The notes under the pieces: generated by a model
What the model saw: only the letters and a program-made list of their open reading frames with translations
Told to the model about the DNA's origin: nothing
Databases searched by the model: none
Shown here: positions 1-10,151 of the stretch, piece by piece
Numbering within the stretch: position 1 is the first letter of the stretch
Layout: each line of letters begins with the position of its first letter
Made by a program: the position numbers and the translations under genes
Origin: Frankiales bacterium
GTDB lineage: Bacteria > Actinomycetota > Actinomycetes > Mycobacteriales > SCTD01
Assembly (NCBI GenBank): GCA_025965735.1
Contig: JAOPWK010000095.1
Span: 1 to 34,928, forward strand
Length of the DNA: 34,928 nt
Direction: 5' to 3'

Positions 1-3
1 CTA

Positions 4-16
4 CCCCCCCCCCCCC
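4..16. repeat. C13 homopolymer tract (G13 on the minus strand)
   Basis: Direct reading shows positions 4-16 are all C. The tract ends 1 nt before palindromic element copy A. Confidence 0.9.
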
Positions 17-17
17 G

Positions 18-83
18 CGCCGAACATGCATTTGTGGCCCGCCGCGCCCGCTCCGCGGGCGTGCCACAACTGCATGATCGGCG
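18..83. repeat. 66-bp palindromic element, copy A (25-nt arms, 16-nt spacer)
   Basis: Left arm is CGCCGAACATGCATTTGTGGCCCGC (18-42), spacer is 43-58, and right arm is GCGTGCCACAACTGCATGATCGGCG (59-83). 22 of 25 arm positions are complementary. Copy B at 30724-30789 has the same geometry and near-identical arms. Confidence 0.85.
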
Positions 84-111
84 CGGGAGAGGGTCGGTAG
101 CCTCGTCGAAC

Positions 112-708
112 GTGACGACCCGCCCGCTGGTGCTCGCCAGCGCCTCGCCCGCCCGCCTGCGCCTGCTGCGCGACGCGGGCCTCGACCCGCGCGTGGTCGT
201 CAGCGGGGTGGACGAGAGCGCTTTGCATGCCTCCGACCCGCAGGCGCTCGTCCTCGAGCTCGCCGTGCTCAAGGCCGAGGCGGTGGCCGGCACCCTGGCC
301 GGCGAGGAGCTCGTCGTCGGCTGCGACTCGATGCTGGAGCTCGGCGGCGAGGTGCTCGGCAAGCCGCGCGACGCCGCCGACGCGACCGAGCGGTGGAAGC
401 GGATGCGCGGCCAGACCGGCACGCTGCTCACCGGGCACTGCCTGGTGGACGTGCCGACCGGCCGGCTTGCCGCAGCCGTCGCCGCCACCACCGTGCGCTT
501 CGGGACGCCGAGCGACGCCGAGGTGGAGGCGTACGTCGCCAGCGGCGAGCCGCTGCACGTTGCCGGCGCCTTCACGCTCGACGGCCGCTCCGCTCCGTTC
601 CTCGACGGCATCGACGGCGACGCCGGCAACGTCATCGGCCTGTCGCTGCCGCTGCTGCGCGACCTGCTGGCCGAGCTGGACGTCCAGATCACGGACCTGT
701 GGGCCTGA
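112..708 (+). CDS. maf: Maf-like nucleoside triphosphate pyrophosphatase (septum formation protein Maf family)
   Basis: The product begins VTTRPLVLASASPARLRLLRDAGL and continues GCDSMLELGGEVLGKP, which is typical of Maf/YhdE. I moved the start to GTG 112 because codons 34-111 of the track ORF run through the palindrome and use A/T-ending codons atypical for this genome. Confidence 0.88.
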   Translation: MTTRPLVLASASPARLRLLRDAGLDPRVVVSGVDESALHASDPQALVLELAVLKAEAVAGTLAGEELVVGCDSMLELGGEVLGKPRDAADATERWKRMRGQTGTLLTGHCLVDVPTGRLAAAVAATTVRFGTPSDAEVEAYVASGEPLHVAGAFTLDGRSAPFLDGIDGDAGNVIGLSLPLLRDLLAELDVQITDLWA

Positions 709-1844
709 TGACCACCGCCTTGCAGCCGAGCCTGCGGATCGGGCCGCTGACGGTCGGCCTGCCGGTCGTCCTCGCGCCGATGGCCGGCGTCACCAACGCG
801 GCGTACCGCTCACTCTGCCGGTCGTACGGTGCCGGCCTGTACGTCAGCGAGATGGTGTCCGCGCGGGCGCTGCTCGAGGTGAACGAGACGACCAGCCGCC
901 GGGCGTCGTTCGGCGCCGACGAGAGCGTCCGCAGCATCCAGCTCTACGCGACGAACCCGGACATCGTGGCCGCGGCCGTGCGCAAGCTCGTCGACGAGGA
1001 CGGCGTGGACCACGTCGACCTCAACGTCGGCTGCCCCTCCCCGAAGGTGACCCGCCGCGGCGGCGGCTCCGCGCTGCCGGCGCACCCGGTGCTTTTCGGC
1101 AACCTGGTGCGGGCCGCGGTGCGCGCGGCCGGCGACGTGCCGGTCACGGTGAAGATGCGCAAGGGCATCGACGACCAGCACCTGACCTACCTCGAGGCCG
1201 GCCGGCGCGCACAGGACGAGGGCGCGGCGGCCGTCGCGCTGCACGCACGCACGGCCGAGCAGTTCTACAGCGGTCGCGCCGACTGGGACGCGATCGGCGA
1301 GCTCAAGGCGACGCTCGAGCACGTCCCGGTGCTCGGCAACGGCGACATCTGGGCGGCCACCGACGCGCTGCGCATGATGGAGCAGACCGGCTGCGACGGG
1401 GTCGTGGTCGGGCGCGGGTGCCTGGGCAAGCCGTGGCTGTTCCGCGACCTGGCTGACGTCTTCACAGGCCGCGAGCCGCAGGCGCCGCCGCGCATCGGCG
1501 ACGTCGTCCCGGTCATGAAGAAGCACGCCCGGATGCTCGTGGAGGCGCGCGGCGACGAGGGGTTCGCGGTGCGCGACTTCCGCCGGCACACCGGCTGGTA
1601 CATGACCGGCTACCCGGTCGGCGGCTCCGCGCGCAAGGCGCTCGCCATGGCGTCCTCGCTGGCTGAGCTGGACGACCTGCTCGACGCGCTGGAGCCCGCC
1701 GCCGAGCTGCCGGCCGGCTCCGAGCTGCTGCCGCGCGGCCACGTGCAGGGCCCGCGGCACGTCGTCCTGCCCGAGCACTGGCTGCGCGACACGATGGACC
1801 CGACGCCCCCGGACGACGCCGGGGCCTTCCACCAGGGCGGCTAG
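708..1844 (+). CDS. dus: tRNA-dihydrouridine synthase
   Basis: The product reads MTTALQPSLRIGPLTVGLPVVLAPMAGVTNAAYRSLC...DLNVGCPSPKV...GNGDIW...VVVGRGCLGKPWLF, which is the Dus family FMN TIM-barrel signature. ATG 708 shares one nucleotide with the maf TGA (TGATG). Confidence 0.9.
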   Translation: MTTALQPSLRIGPLTVGLPVVLAPMAGVTNAAYRSLCRSYGAGLYVSEMVSARALLEVNETTSRRASFGADESVRSIQLYATNPDIVAAAVRKLVDEDGVDHVDLNVGCPSPKVTRRGGGSALPAHPVLFGNLVRAAVRAAGDVPVTVKMRKGIDDQHLTYLEAGRRAQDEGAAAVALHARTAEQFYSGRADWDAIGELKATLEHVPVLGNGDIWAATDALRMMEQTGCDGVVVGRGCLGKPWLFRDLADVFTGREPQAPPRIGDVVPVMKKHARMLVEARGDEGFAVRDFRRHTGWYMTGYPVGGSARKALAMASSLAELDDLLDALEPAAELPAGSELLPRGHVQGPRHVVLPEHWLRDTMDPTPPDDAGAFHQGG

Positions 1845-3529
1845 CCCGCCGCGCTGAGCTCGCTCATCACGCCGTCGAGCCCGAGCACGCCGCGCTCTCG
1901 CCGCACCGCGTCGGCGTAGGCCACGACCTGCGCCGACGCCCAGTCCTCGTCCCGTCCCGTCTCTGCGGCGAGCAGCCGCGCGGCCAGCGGCGCAGACGGC
2001 AGACCGGCGTCCTTGGCCCGCAGCGACAGGCGCATCCGTCGGCCCAGCACGTCGTCCAGCGTCACCGCGCCCTCGGCCCGCGCCGCGTGCACCACGTCCG
2101 CGAGGATGTGCGGCGCCCACGGTGACAGCAGCTGGCCGAGGTCAGGATCAGCGGCCACCAGCGACAGGACCTCGTGCGCCCGCTCCCCGTGCTGGCGCAC
2201 CAGGCCGTCCGCCACCCGCTCGTCCAGCCCCAGCGTGGCCGCAGCCGTCACGACCTCGCTGCGGACCTGCTCCAGCGGCGCGGTGCTCCCGAGCGGTATC
2301 TCGTCCGTGCGGCAGCGGGCCCTGCGGCCGTCCCGCTCCACGATCCGGTCGACGACGTCGCGCGCCATCCGCCGGTAGGTCGTCAGCTTGCCGCCGGTGA
2401 TGGTCAGCAGGCCGCCGTCGCCCTCGACCAGCGTGTGCCGGCGGCTGACGTCCTTCATCGACGTCGCCCCCGCCTCACGGATCAGCGGCCGCGCACCGGC
2501 CCACGCGCCGAGCACGTCGTCGGGGGTGAGACCGGCGCGGAAGACGTCGTTGCCCGCGGCCAGCACGTACTCCAGGTCTGCGCCCGTGAGCGAGAGGTCC
2601 TCGAGCCGGCCGTCGTACGGCGTGTCCGTGGTGCCCAGGATCGTCTGCTCGCCGTACGGGATCGCGAACATCGAGCGGCCGTCGCCCTGCCGGCTGGGCA
2701 GCAGGATCGAGGCCTCGCGCAGGGGCAGCCGGTCGTGCGGCACGACGACGTGGACGCCCTTGCTCGGCTGCACGACCGCTGGACGCCCCGGCGACTCGAG
2801 CGCCTGCAGGCGGTCCACCCAGACGCCGGTCGCGTTCACGATGTAGCGGGCGCGCAGCTCGACGTCGCGGCCGGCGACGCGGTCGCGGACGGTCGCCCCG
2901 CGCACCGTGCCGTCGGTGCTGAGCAGCCCAGTCACCTCGGCGTACGGCACCGTCAGCGCGCCGAAGGAGCGCGCCGCCTGCACCACGGCGAGCACCAGGC
3001 GCGCGTCGTCGGTGGCGCAGTCGCCGTAGAGGTAGGAGTGCAGCAGGCCGCTCTCGGCCAGCGCCGGCGCGAGCGCGACGGCCTCCTCGGCGGTGATGCG
3101 CTCGTGCCGGCGCACCCCCGTGCCGCCGGACATGGCGAGCGCGAACACGTCGTAGGTCGTCAGCCCGAGGCCGAGCAGCCGGCGCTTGGCGGTGTCCGGC
3201 CAGACCGGGTAGAGGAAGTCCATCGGGCGCACCAGGTGCGGCGCGAGGCGCAGGAGGAGCTGCCGCTCGGTGACGCCCTCGCGGACCAGGCCGAACTCGT
3301 AGTTCTCCAGGTACCGCAGCCCGCCGTGCACGAGCTTGCTGCTCTTGCTGCTGGTCCCGCTGGCCAGGTCTCCCATGTCGACGACGGCGACGCGCAGCCC
3401 GCGGCTGGCCGCGTCGAGGGCGACGCCCGCCCCGGTGGCGCCCATCCCGACGACGAGCACGTCCAGCTCGGCAGCGGCGGCGTCGGCCAGGTCGGCGGCA
3501 CGGGTGCGGACGTTGAAGGCGTTGCTCAT
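1841..3529 (-). CDS. glpD: FAD-dependent glycerol-3-phosphate dehydrogenase
   Basis: It has an N-terminal dinucleotide fold (DVLVVGMGATGAGVALDAASRGLRVAVVD) followed by GTSSKSSKLVHGGLRYLE, typical of GlpD. At 562 aa it has the usual C-terminal domain length. Confidence 0.9.
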   Translation of the reverse strand: MSNAFNVRTRAADLADAAAAELDVLVVGMGATGAGVALDAASRGLRVAVVDMGDLASGTSSKSSKLVHGGLRYLENYEFGLVREGVTERQLLLRLAPHLVRPMDFLYPVWPDTAKRRLLGLGLTTYDVFALAMSGGTGVRRHERITAEEAVALAPALAESGLLHSYLYGDCATDDARLVLAVVQAARSFGALTVPYAEVTGLLSTDGTVRGATVRDRVAGRDVELRARYIVNATGVWVDRLQALESPGRPAVVQPSKGVHVVVPHDRLPLREASILLPSRQGDGRSMFAIPYGEQTILGTTDTPYDGRLEDLSLTGADLEYVLAAGNDVFRAGLTPDDVLGAWAGARPLIREAGATSMKDVSRRHTLVEGDGGLLTITGGKLTTYRRMARDVVDRIVERDGRRARCRTDEIPLGSTAPLEQVRSEVVTAAATLGLDERVADGLVRQHGERAHEVLSLVAADPDLGQLLSPWAPHILADVVHAARAEGAVTLDDVLGRRMRLSLRAKDAGLPSAPLAARLLAAETGRDEDWASAQVVAYADAVRRERGVLGLDGVMSELSAAG

Positions 3530-3562
3530 CGGTAGCCATCGTCCCAGACGACGGCACCGGCG

Positions 3563-4474
3563 TCAGCCCGAGTGCGCGATCTCGAACGCCTTGAGCAGCC
3601 GGTCCAGCGGGCTGTCCAGCCCCCACCGGTCGCTCAGCTCCACCACCCGCGCCGGGTCGCGGGGCACCCGCGGCAGCGCGTCGTCCAGCTCGGGCACCGG
3701 CAGGTCGCGCACCGCGTGCGTCACGAGCGGCCCGACGGCCAGGTAGTCGCGCGCCGCCTCGAGCTTGGCGCGCGCACCGGCCGGGAAGCCGTCCTGCTCG
3801 CCGGCGTCCAGCGCGGCGAGGATGCCGGCCACCGACCCGAAGCGGCTGACCAGGGCCGCGGCCGTCTTGTCGCCGACCCCTTTCACGCCGGGCAGCCCGT
3901 CGGAGGGGTCCCCGCGCAGCACGGCGTACTCCGCGTAGGCCGTGCCGGGGATGCCGTACTTCGCGGCGACGGTGCCGGGCGTGTACGGCGCCATCTTCTC
4001 GACCGTGTAGAGCACGCGGACGGGTCCCTCGTCGCGCACCAGCTGGAACATGTCTCGGTCGCCGGTGACGACGTCGACCGCGCCGGTCTCCCGCGCGGAC
4101 AGCGTGCCGAGGACGTCGTCCGCCTCGTACCCGTCGACGCCCGCGGTGGCGATGCCCACCGCGTCGAGCACGTCGAGCAGGACCCCGACCTGGTGGGGGA
4201 GCGTCGCCGGCTCGGCCTCCGCGCCGTTCTCCGCGAGCCGGTGTGCCTTGTACGACGGGATCGCGGCGACGCGGAAGGCGGGCCGCCAGTCGTGGTCCAG
4301 GCAGGCGACGAGACGGGCTGGGCGCGTGTCGCGCACGATCCGCGCGATGAGGTCGATCGTGCCGCGCACCAGGTTGACCGGGGAGCCGTCGGGAGCGGTG
4401 ATCGACTCGGGCACGCCGTGGAACGCGCGGTACCAGAGCGAGGGGGCGTCGAGCAGGGTCAGCTGTCCGGGCAC
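3563..4474 (-). CDS. 5'-3' exonuclease (Pol I N-terminal / FEN-like nuclease)
   Basis: The product reads LLDAPSLWYRAFHG...SYKAHR...GYEADDVLGTL...VTGDRDMFQLV...GDPSDGLPGVKGVGDKTAAAL, which covers the PIN-like nuclease domain and the H3TH motif. Confidence 0.85.
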   Translation of the reverse strand: MPGQLTLLDAPSLWYRAFHGVPESITAPDGSPVNLVRGTIDLIARIVRDTRPARLVACLDHDWRPAFRVAAIPSYKAHRLAENGAEAEPATLPHQVGVLLDVLDAVGIATAGVDGYEADDVLGTLSARETGAVDVVTGDRDMFQLVRDEGPVRVLYTVEKMAPYTPGTVAAKYGIPGTAYAEYAVLRGDPSDGLPGVKGVGDKTAAALVSRFGSVAGILAALDAGEQDGFPAGARAKLEAARDYLAVGPLVTHAVRDLPVPELDDALPRVPRDPARVVELSDRWGLDSPLDRLLKAFEIAHSG

Positions 4475-4527
4475 GCCTTCACCCTTCCACGGAGCCTGTC
4501 ACGGCTCGCGCGTCTAACCTCCGTCTC

Positions 4528-5673
4528 ATGCCGCCCGTCGTCCGCTCGCTGCCCTCCGCCGAGGCCGGGGCCCTGCTCGAGCTCACCCGCGACCTGGTCC
4601 ACGGCGAGGTCGCACCGCGCGCCGCCGAGATGGAGAGCCGCGCCGAGTTCCCGCGCGAGCTGTTCCGCACGCTCGGCAAGGCGGGCCTGCTCGGGCTGGC
4701 CTACGACGAGGAGCTCGGCGGCGGCGGGCAGCCGTACGAGGTCTACCTGCAGGTGCTCGAGGAGCTGAGCCGCGGGTGGCTCGCCGTCGGGGTGGGCGTC
4801 AGCGTCCACACGCTGTCCTGCTACCCGGTCGCGGCGTTCGGGACGGCCGAGCAGAAGGAGCGCTGGCTGCCGGAGATGCTCGGCGGCGAGCTGCTCGGGG
4901 CGTACTGCCTGTCGGAGGCCGGCAGCGGCTCGGACGCGGCGGCGCTGGTGACGCGCGCCGCGCGCGACGGCGACGACTACGTGGTCGACGGCACCAAGGC
5001 CTGGGTCACGCACGGCGGCCACGCGGACTTCTACAACCTCATGGTGCGCACGGGAGGCCCTGGTCCGAAGGGGATCTCGTGCCTGCTGGCCGATGCCTCG
5101 ACGCCCGGTCTGCACGCGCAGCCGCCGGAGAAGAAGATGGGCCTGCGCTCCAGCCCGACCGCGAGCATCACGCTGGAGGGCGCGCGCGTCCCGGCGGACC
5201 GGCTGCTCGGCGAGGAGGGCGTCGGCTTCCGCATCGCGCTGAGCGCCCTGGACGGCGGCCGGCTCGGGATCGCTGCCTGCGCGGTCGGCCACGCGCAGGC
5301 CTCGCTGGACCTCGCGGTGGACTACGCCAAGGAGCGCAAGCAGTTCGGCCAGCGCATCGCCGACTTCCAGGGGCTGTCGTTCATGCTCGCCGACATGGCG
5401 ACGCAGGTGGAGGCGGCGCGCGCGCTGTACCTGTCGGCGGCGCGGCTGCGCGACGCCGGCCGGCCGTACGGCCCGCAGGCCTCGATGGCCAAGCTCTTCT
5501 GCACCGACACCGCCATGCGCGTCGCGACCGACGCGGTGCAGGTCCTCGGCGGGTACGGCTACGTCGAGGACTTCCCGGCCGAGCGCTACCTGCGCGAGGC
5601 CAAGATCATGCAGATCTTCGAGGGCACCAACCAGATCCAGCGGCTGGTCATCGGCCGGTCGCTCACCACATGA
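4528..5673 (+). CDS. acyl-CoA dehydrogenase
   Basis: 381 aa with ACAD motifs: GAYCLSEAGSGSDAAAL, DGTKAWVTHGG, and a C-terminal QIFEGTNQIQRLVIGRSL. Confidence 0.9.
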   Translation: MPPVVRSLPSAEAGALLELTRDLVHGEVAPRAAEMESRAEFPRELFRTLGKAGLLGLAYDEELGGGGQPYEVYLQVLEELSRGWLAVGVGVSVHTLSCYPVAAFGTAEQKERWLPEMLGGELLGAYCLSEAGSGSDAAALVTRAARDGDDYVVDGTKAWVTHGGHADFYNLMVRTGGPGPKGISCLLADASTPGLHAQPPEKKMGLRSSPTASITLEGARVPADRLLGEEGVGFRIALSALDGGRLGIAACAVGHAQASLDLAVDYAKERKQFGQRIADFQGLSFMLADMATQVEAARALYLSAARLRDAGRPYGPQASMAKLFCTDTAMRVATDAVQVLGGYGYVEDFPAERYLREAKIMQIFEGTNQIQRLVIGRSLTT

Positions 5674-6134
5674 CGACGGCGCTCCCGCTCGACGAGCTGG
5701 ACCGGTCGCTGCTGCGCCTGCTGGCTGAGGACGGCCGGCGCAGCTACGCCGACCTCGCCCGCGACACCGGGCTGTCGACCAGCGCCGTGCACCAGCGCGT
5801 GCGCCGGCTCGAGCAGCGCGGCGCCATCGCCGGCTACCGCGCCGTGGTGGACCCGGTCGCGGCGGGCCTCCCGCTGTCGGCGTTCATCTCGATCCAGGCG
5901 ATTGACCCGGCCGCGCCGGACGACGCACCTGAGCGGCTGCGGCACCTCGACGCGGTGGAGGCCTGCCACAGCGTCGCCGGGACCGAGAGCTACATCCTGA
6001 AGGTGCGCGTCGCGGGGCCAGCCGAGCTGGAGCAGCTGCTGCAGGAGGTGCGCGCGGCGGCCGCGGTGTCGACGCGCACGACGGTGGTGCTCAGCACGCC
6101 CTGGGAGGGCCGCACACCGCCGCCTGCGGCGTAG
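5670..6134 (+). CDS. Lrp/AsnC family transcriptional regulator
   Basis: The product reads LDELDRSLLRLLAEDGRRSYADLARDTGLSTSAVHQRVRRLEQRGAIAGY, an HTH followed by a RAM/AsnC_trans_reg domain. Its start overlaps the ACAD stop as ATGA. Confidence 0.88.
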   Translation: MTTALPLDELDRSLLRLLAEDGRRSYADLARDTGLSTSAVHQRVRRLEQRGAIAGYRAVVDPVAAGLPLSAFISIQAIDPAAPDDAPERLRHLDAVEACHSVAGTESYILKVRVAGPAELEQLLQEVRAAAAVSTRTTVVLSTPWEGRTPPPAA

Positions 6135-6147
6135 TCGCGGCGCCGGC

Positions 6148-6678
6148 TCAGGGGCGCAGCAGGACCCGGGGCTCGGCGCCGTTCTCGCAGCGCGGGGTCT
6201 CCGAGACGGGCGCCTGGTAGGCGTAGCCGCGGCCTTGCGGTGTCTCGTCGCACTGCACCAACTGGGTCGGCTCGGCCTCGCGGACGCGGGGCGGCAGCGG
6301 CGAGGTCGCGGGGTCGACCCAGGACCCGAAGGTCGCCCAGGTGAGGGCCGAGGCCGCCAGCACCGCACCGAGGCCGCACGCGATGCCGATCCGCATCACC
6401 GGACGCCGTGCCTGCTCGGTGCTCCACCAGCGGAACGCGTTGGCGATCAGGACCCCGAGGAGGCCGCCGGTGCCGACGACGAAGGAGGTGCTCCCGGTCA
6501 GCACCGCGAGCAGGAGGAGCGCGAGCACGGCGAGGACGGACCACGCGAAGCCGTTGCGGTAGGCCCGCGGGCTCGGCGGCTTGGGCCTGCCGAGCACCCG
6601 GTCGTCCAGCCCCCGCAGCCGGGCCAGGAGCCTCGTGCCGCCGCTGTCGCCCACGAGGAGGTGTTCGACGCGCCTCAC
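6148..6678 (-). CDS. hypothetical membrane protein
   Basis: Hand-checked codons almost all end in G/C. There are two or three hydrophobic spans (WSVLAVLALLLLAVLTG, GGLLGVLIANAF, IGIACGLGAVLAASAL). I recognise no family, and the start codon is uncertain. Confidence 0.6.
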   Translation of the reverse strand: MRRVEHLLVGDSGGTRLLARLRGLDDRVLGRPKPPSPRAYRNGFAWSVLAVLALLLLAVLTGSTSFVVGTGGLLGVLIANAFRWWSTEQARRPVMRIGIACGLGAVLAASALTWATFGSWVDPATSPLPPRVREAEPTQLVQCDETPQGRGYAYQAPVSETPRCENGAEPRVLLRP

Positions 6679-6700
6679 GCGACCCCTGCCTGCCGTGGGA

Positions 6701-7093
6701 CTACCCCTTGCCCAGCACCCGGTCCACGGCGATCTCGATGACGACGCGGCGCGGGTTCTCCCTCGGCTGGCGGTAGCGCACGGCGTACCGGCGCACGGCC
6801 TCGGCCACCCGCTCCGGGTCGTCGCTCACCGTCGGCACGCCCTCCAACGACAGCCAGCGGCGGCCGTCCACCTGCGCGACGACCGCCCTCGGTGAGCCGG
6901 CTCGCACGTGCGCCGCCTTGCGGGAGGTGCCGTTGGTGATGACGCGGACCAGACCGGTCTCGGCGTCCCAGGTGAAGCCGACGGCCACGACGTGCGGCGT
7001 GCCGTCCGGCCGCAGCGTCGTGAGCGTCGCCAGGTGCCGCTCGGTGAGGAAGTCGAGCTCGGGTTGGCCGAGCGCCCGGGGGTTCTGAGCCAT
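6701..7093 (-). CDS. PPOX-class (pyridoxamine 5'-phosphate oxidase-like) probable F420-dependent enzyme
   Basis: 130 aa reading FLTERHLATLTTLRPDGTPHVVAVGFTWD...ARVITNGTSRK, which resembles the actinobacterial Rv1155-like split-barrel family. Confidence 0.78.
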   Translation of the reverse strand: MAQNPRALGQPELDFLTERHLATLTTLRPDGTPHVVAVGFTWDAETGLVRVITNGTSRKAAHVRAGSPRAVVAQVDGRRWLSLEGVPTVSDDPERVAEAVRRYAVRYRQPRENPRRVVIEIAVDRVLGKG

Positions 7094-7149
7094 GCTCGGA
7101 GGCTAGGTGCGTCGCGCTTGACGCGCCGGTCGTGGGGGAGGGGGTTGGT

Positions 7150-8010
7150 GTGGACACGGGGTTCCCCGCGGCGGACTCCCGGGACGACTTCGCCCGGGCG
7201 CGCCGCCGCGCCGTCCTGGCCCGCCTGGCCGCGCGGCTGCGCATGCGCGAGGGCGACGTCGACGTGCTGCTGCCGTTCGACGAGGTCGTGGGAGCGCTCG
7301 GCCACCGCGGCGAGCAGTCGCTGGGGCTGCAGACCGTGGAGCTGGACAGCATCGTCGGGTCGGTCGACCGCGTGACCGGCTTCGACCGGCAGTTCCGCCC
7401 CACCAGCGACCTCACCCGGCGACGCTTCGAGCGCTTGGCCCTTGCGGTCCGGCGCGGCGAGGACCTGCCTCCCGTCGACCTGTACCGCGTCGGCGACGTG
7501 CACTTCGTGCGCGACGGCCACCACCGCGTCGCCGTGCTGCGCGCGCTCGGCCGCGACGTCGTCGCCGCCCGCGTCACCCTCGTGCGCACGGCCGTCGACG
7601 CCGGCAGCGACCTGCGCATCTCCGACCTGCCGCTCAAGGGGCACGAGCGGCTGTTCCGCGAGCGGGTCCCGCTGCCGGCGCTCCTGCGCGAGCGCATCGT
7701 GCTGAGCGAGCCGAACGACTGGGCGGTGCTCGCGGAGGGCGTCGAGGCGTGGGGCTTCCGCCGCATGCAGGAGCGCGCCCGGCTGCTGGACCGGCACGAG
7801 GTCGCGCTGGAGTGGTTCTCCGAGGAGTACGAGCCGGTCCTGTCGATGCTGCGCGAGGCCGGCCTGCACCCGGGTGACGGGGCGCAGGACGCCGCGGTCT
7901 ACCTGCGCTTCGCCAAGGACCGCTACCTGGTGCTGCGCACGCACCGGTGGGACGACAGCGTCGTCGCACAGCTCAGCCTGCTCACCGACGGCAAGCGCCG
8001 GCGCGACTGA
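7150..8010 (+). CDS. ParB/sulfiredoxin-fold domain protein with an uncharacterised C-terminal half
   Basis: The motif LYRVGDVHFVRDGHHRVAVLRALG matches the DGHHR core of ParB-like nuclease/Srx domains. I prefer the start at GTG 7150, 6-7 nt after the GGGGGAGGGGG run. The track start at GTG 7132 remains possible. Confidence 0.68.
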   Translation: MDTGFPAADSRDDFARARRRAVLARLAARLRMREGDVDVLLPFDEVVGALGHRGEQSLGLQTVELDSIVGSVDRVTGFDRQFRPTSDLTRRRFERLALAVRRGEDLPPVDLYRVGDVHFVRDGHHRVAVLRALGRDVVAARVTLVRTAVDAGSDLRISDLPLKGHERLFRERVPLPALLRERIVLSEPNDWAVLAEGVEAWGFRRMQERARLLDRHEVALEWFSEEYEPVLSMLREAGLHPGDGAQDAAVYLRFAKDRYLVLRTHRWDDSVVAQLSLLTDGKRRRD

Positions 8011-8033
8011 GCCCCGGCCGGTTCGGCCGGGGC
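8011..8033. terminator. perfect GC hairpin between convergent genes (candidate bidirectional terminator)
   Basis: GCCCCGGCCG-GTT-CGGCCGGGGC forms a 10-bp perfect stem with a 3-nt loop, immediately after the ParB-like stop and 15 nt before the ABC ATPase stop. There is no U-tract. Confidence 0.5.
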
Positions 8034-8047
8034 TCAGGTCAGCAGGC

Positions 8048-9238
<1,191 letters not shown>

Positions 9239-9245
9239 GACGCCG

Positions 9246-10150
<905 letters not shown>

Positions 10151-10151
<1 letters not shown>

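Noticed and set aside
34-111. N-terminal extension of the Maf ORF (MARRARSAGVPQLHDRRGRG...).
   Set aside because: It translates the palindromic element and uses several A/T-ending codons (CCA, CAA, CAT, GAT, AGA, GTA) atypical of genes here. Maf homologues start close to the LVLASASP motif.
104-118. TCGAAC hexamer just upstream of maf, considered as a LexA/SOS box half-site.
   Set aside because: The actinobacterial SOS box is TCGAAC-N4-GTTCGA. Here the second half reads CGACCC, so there is no palindrome.
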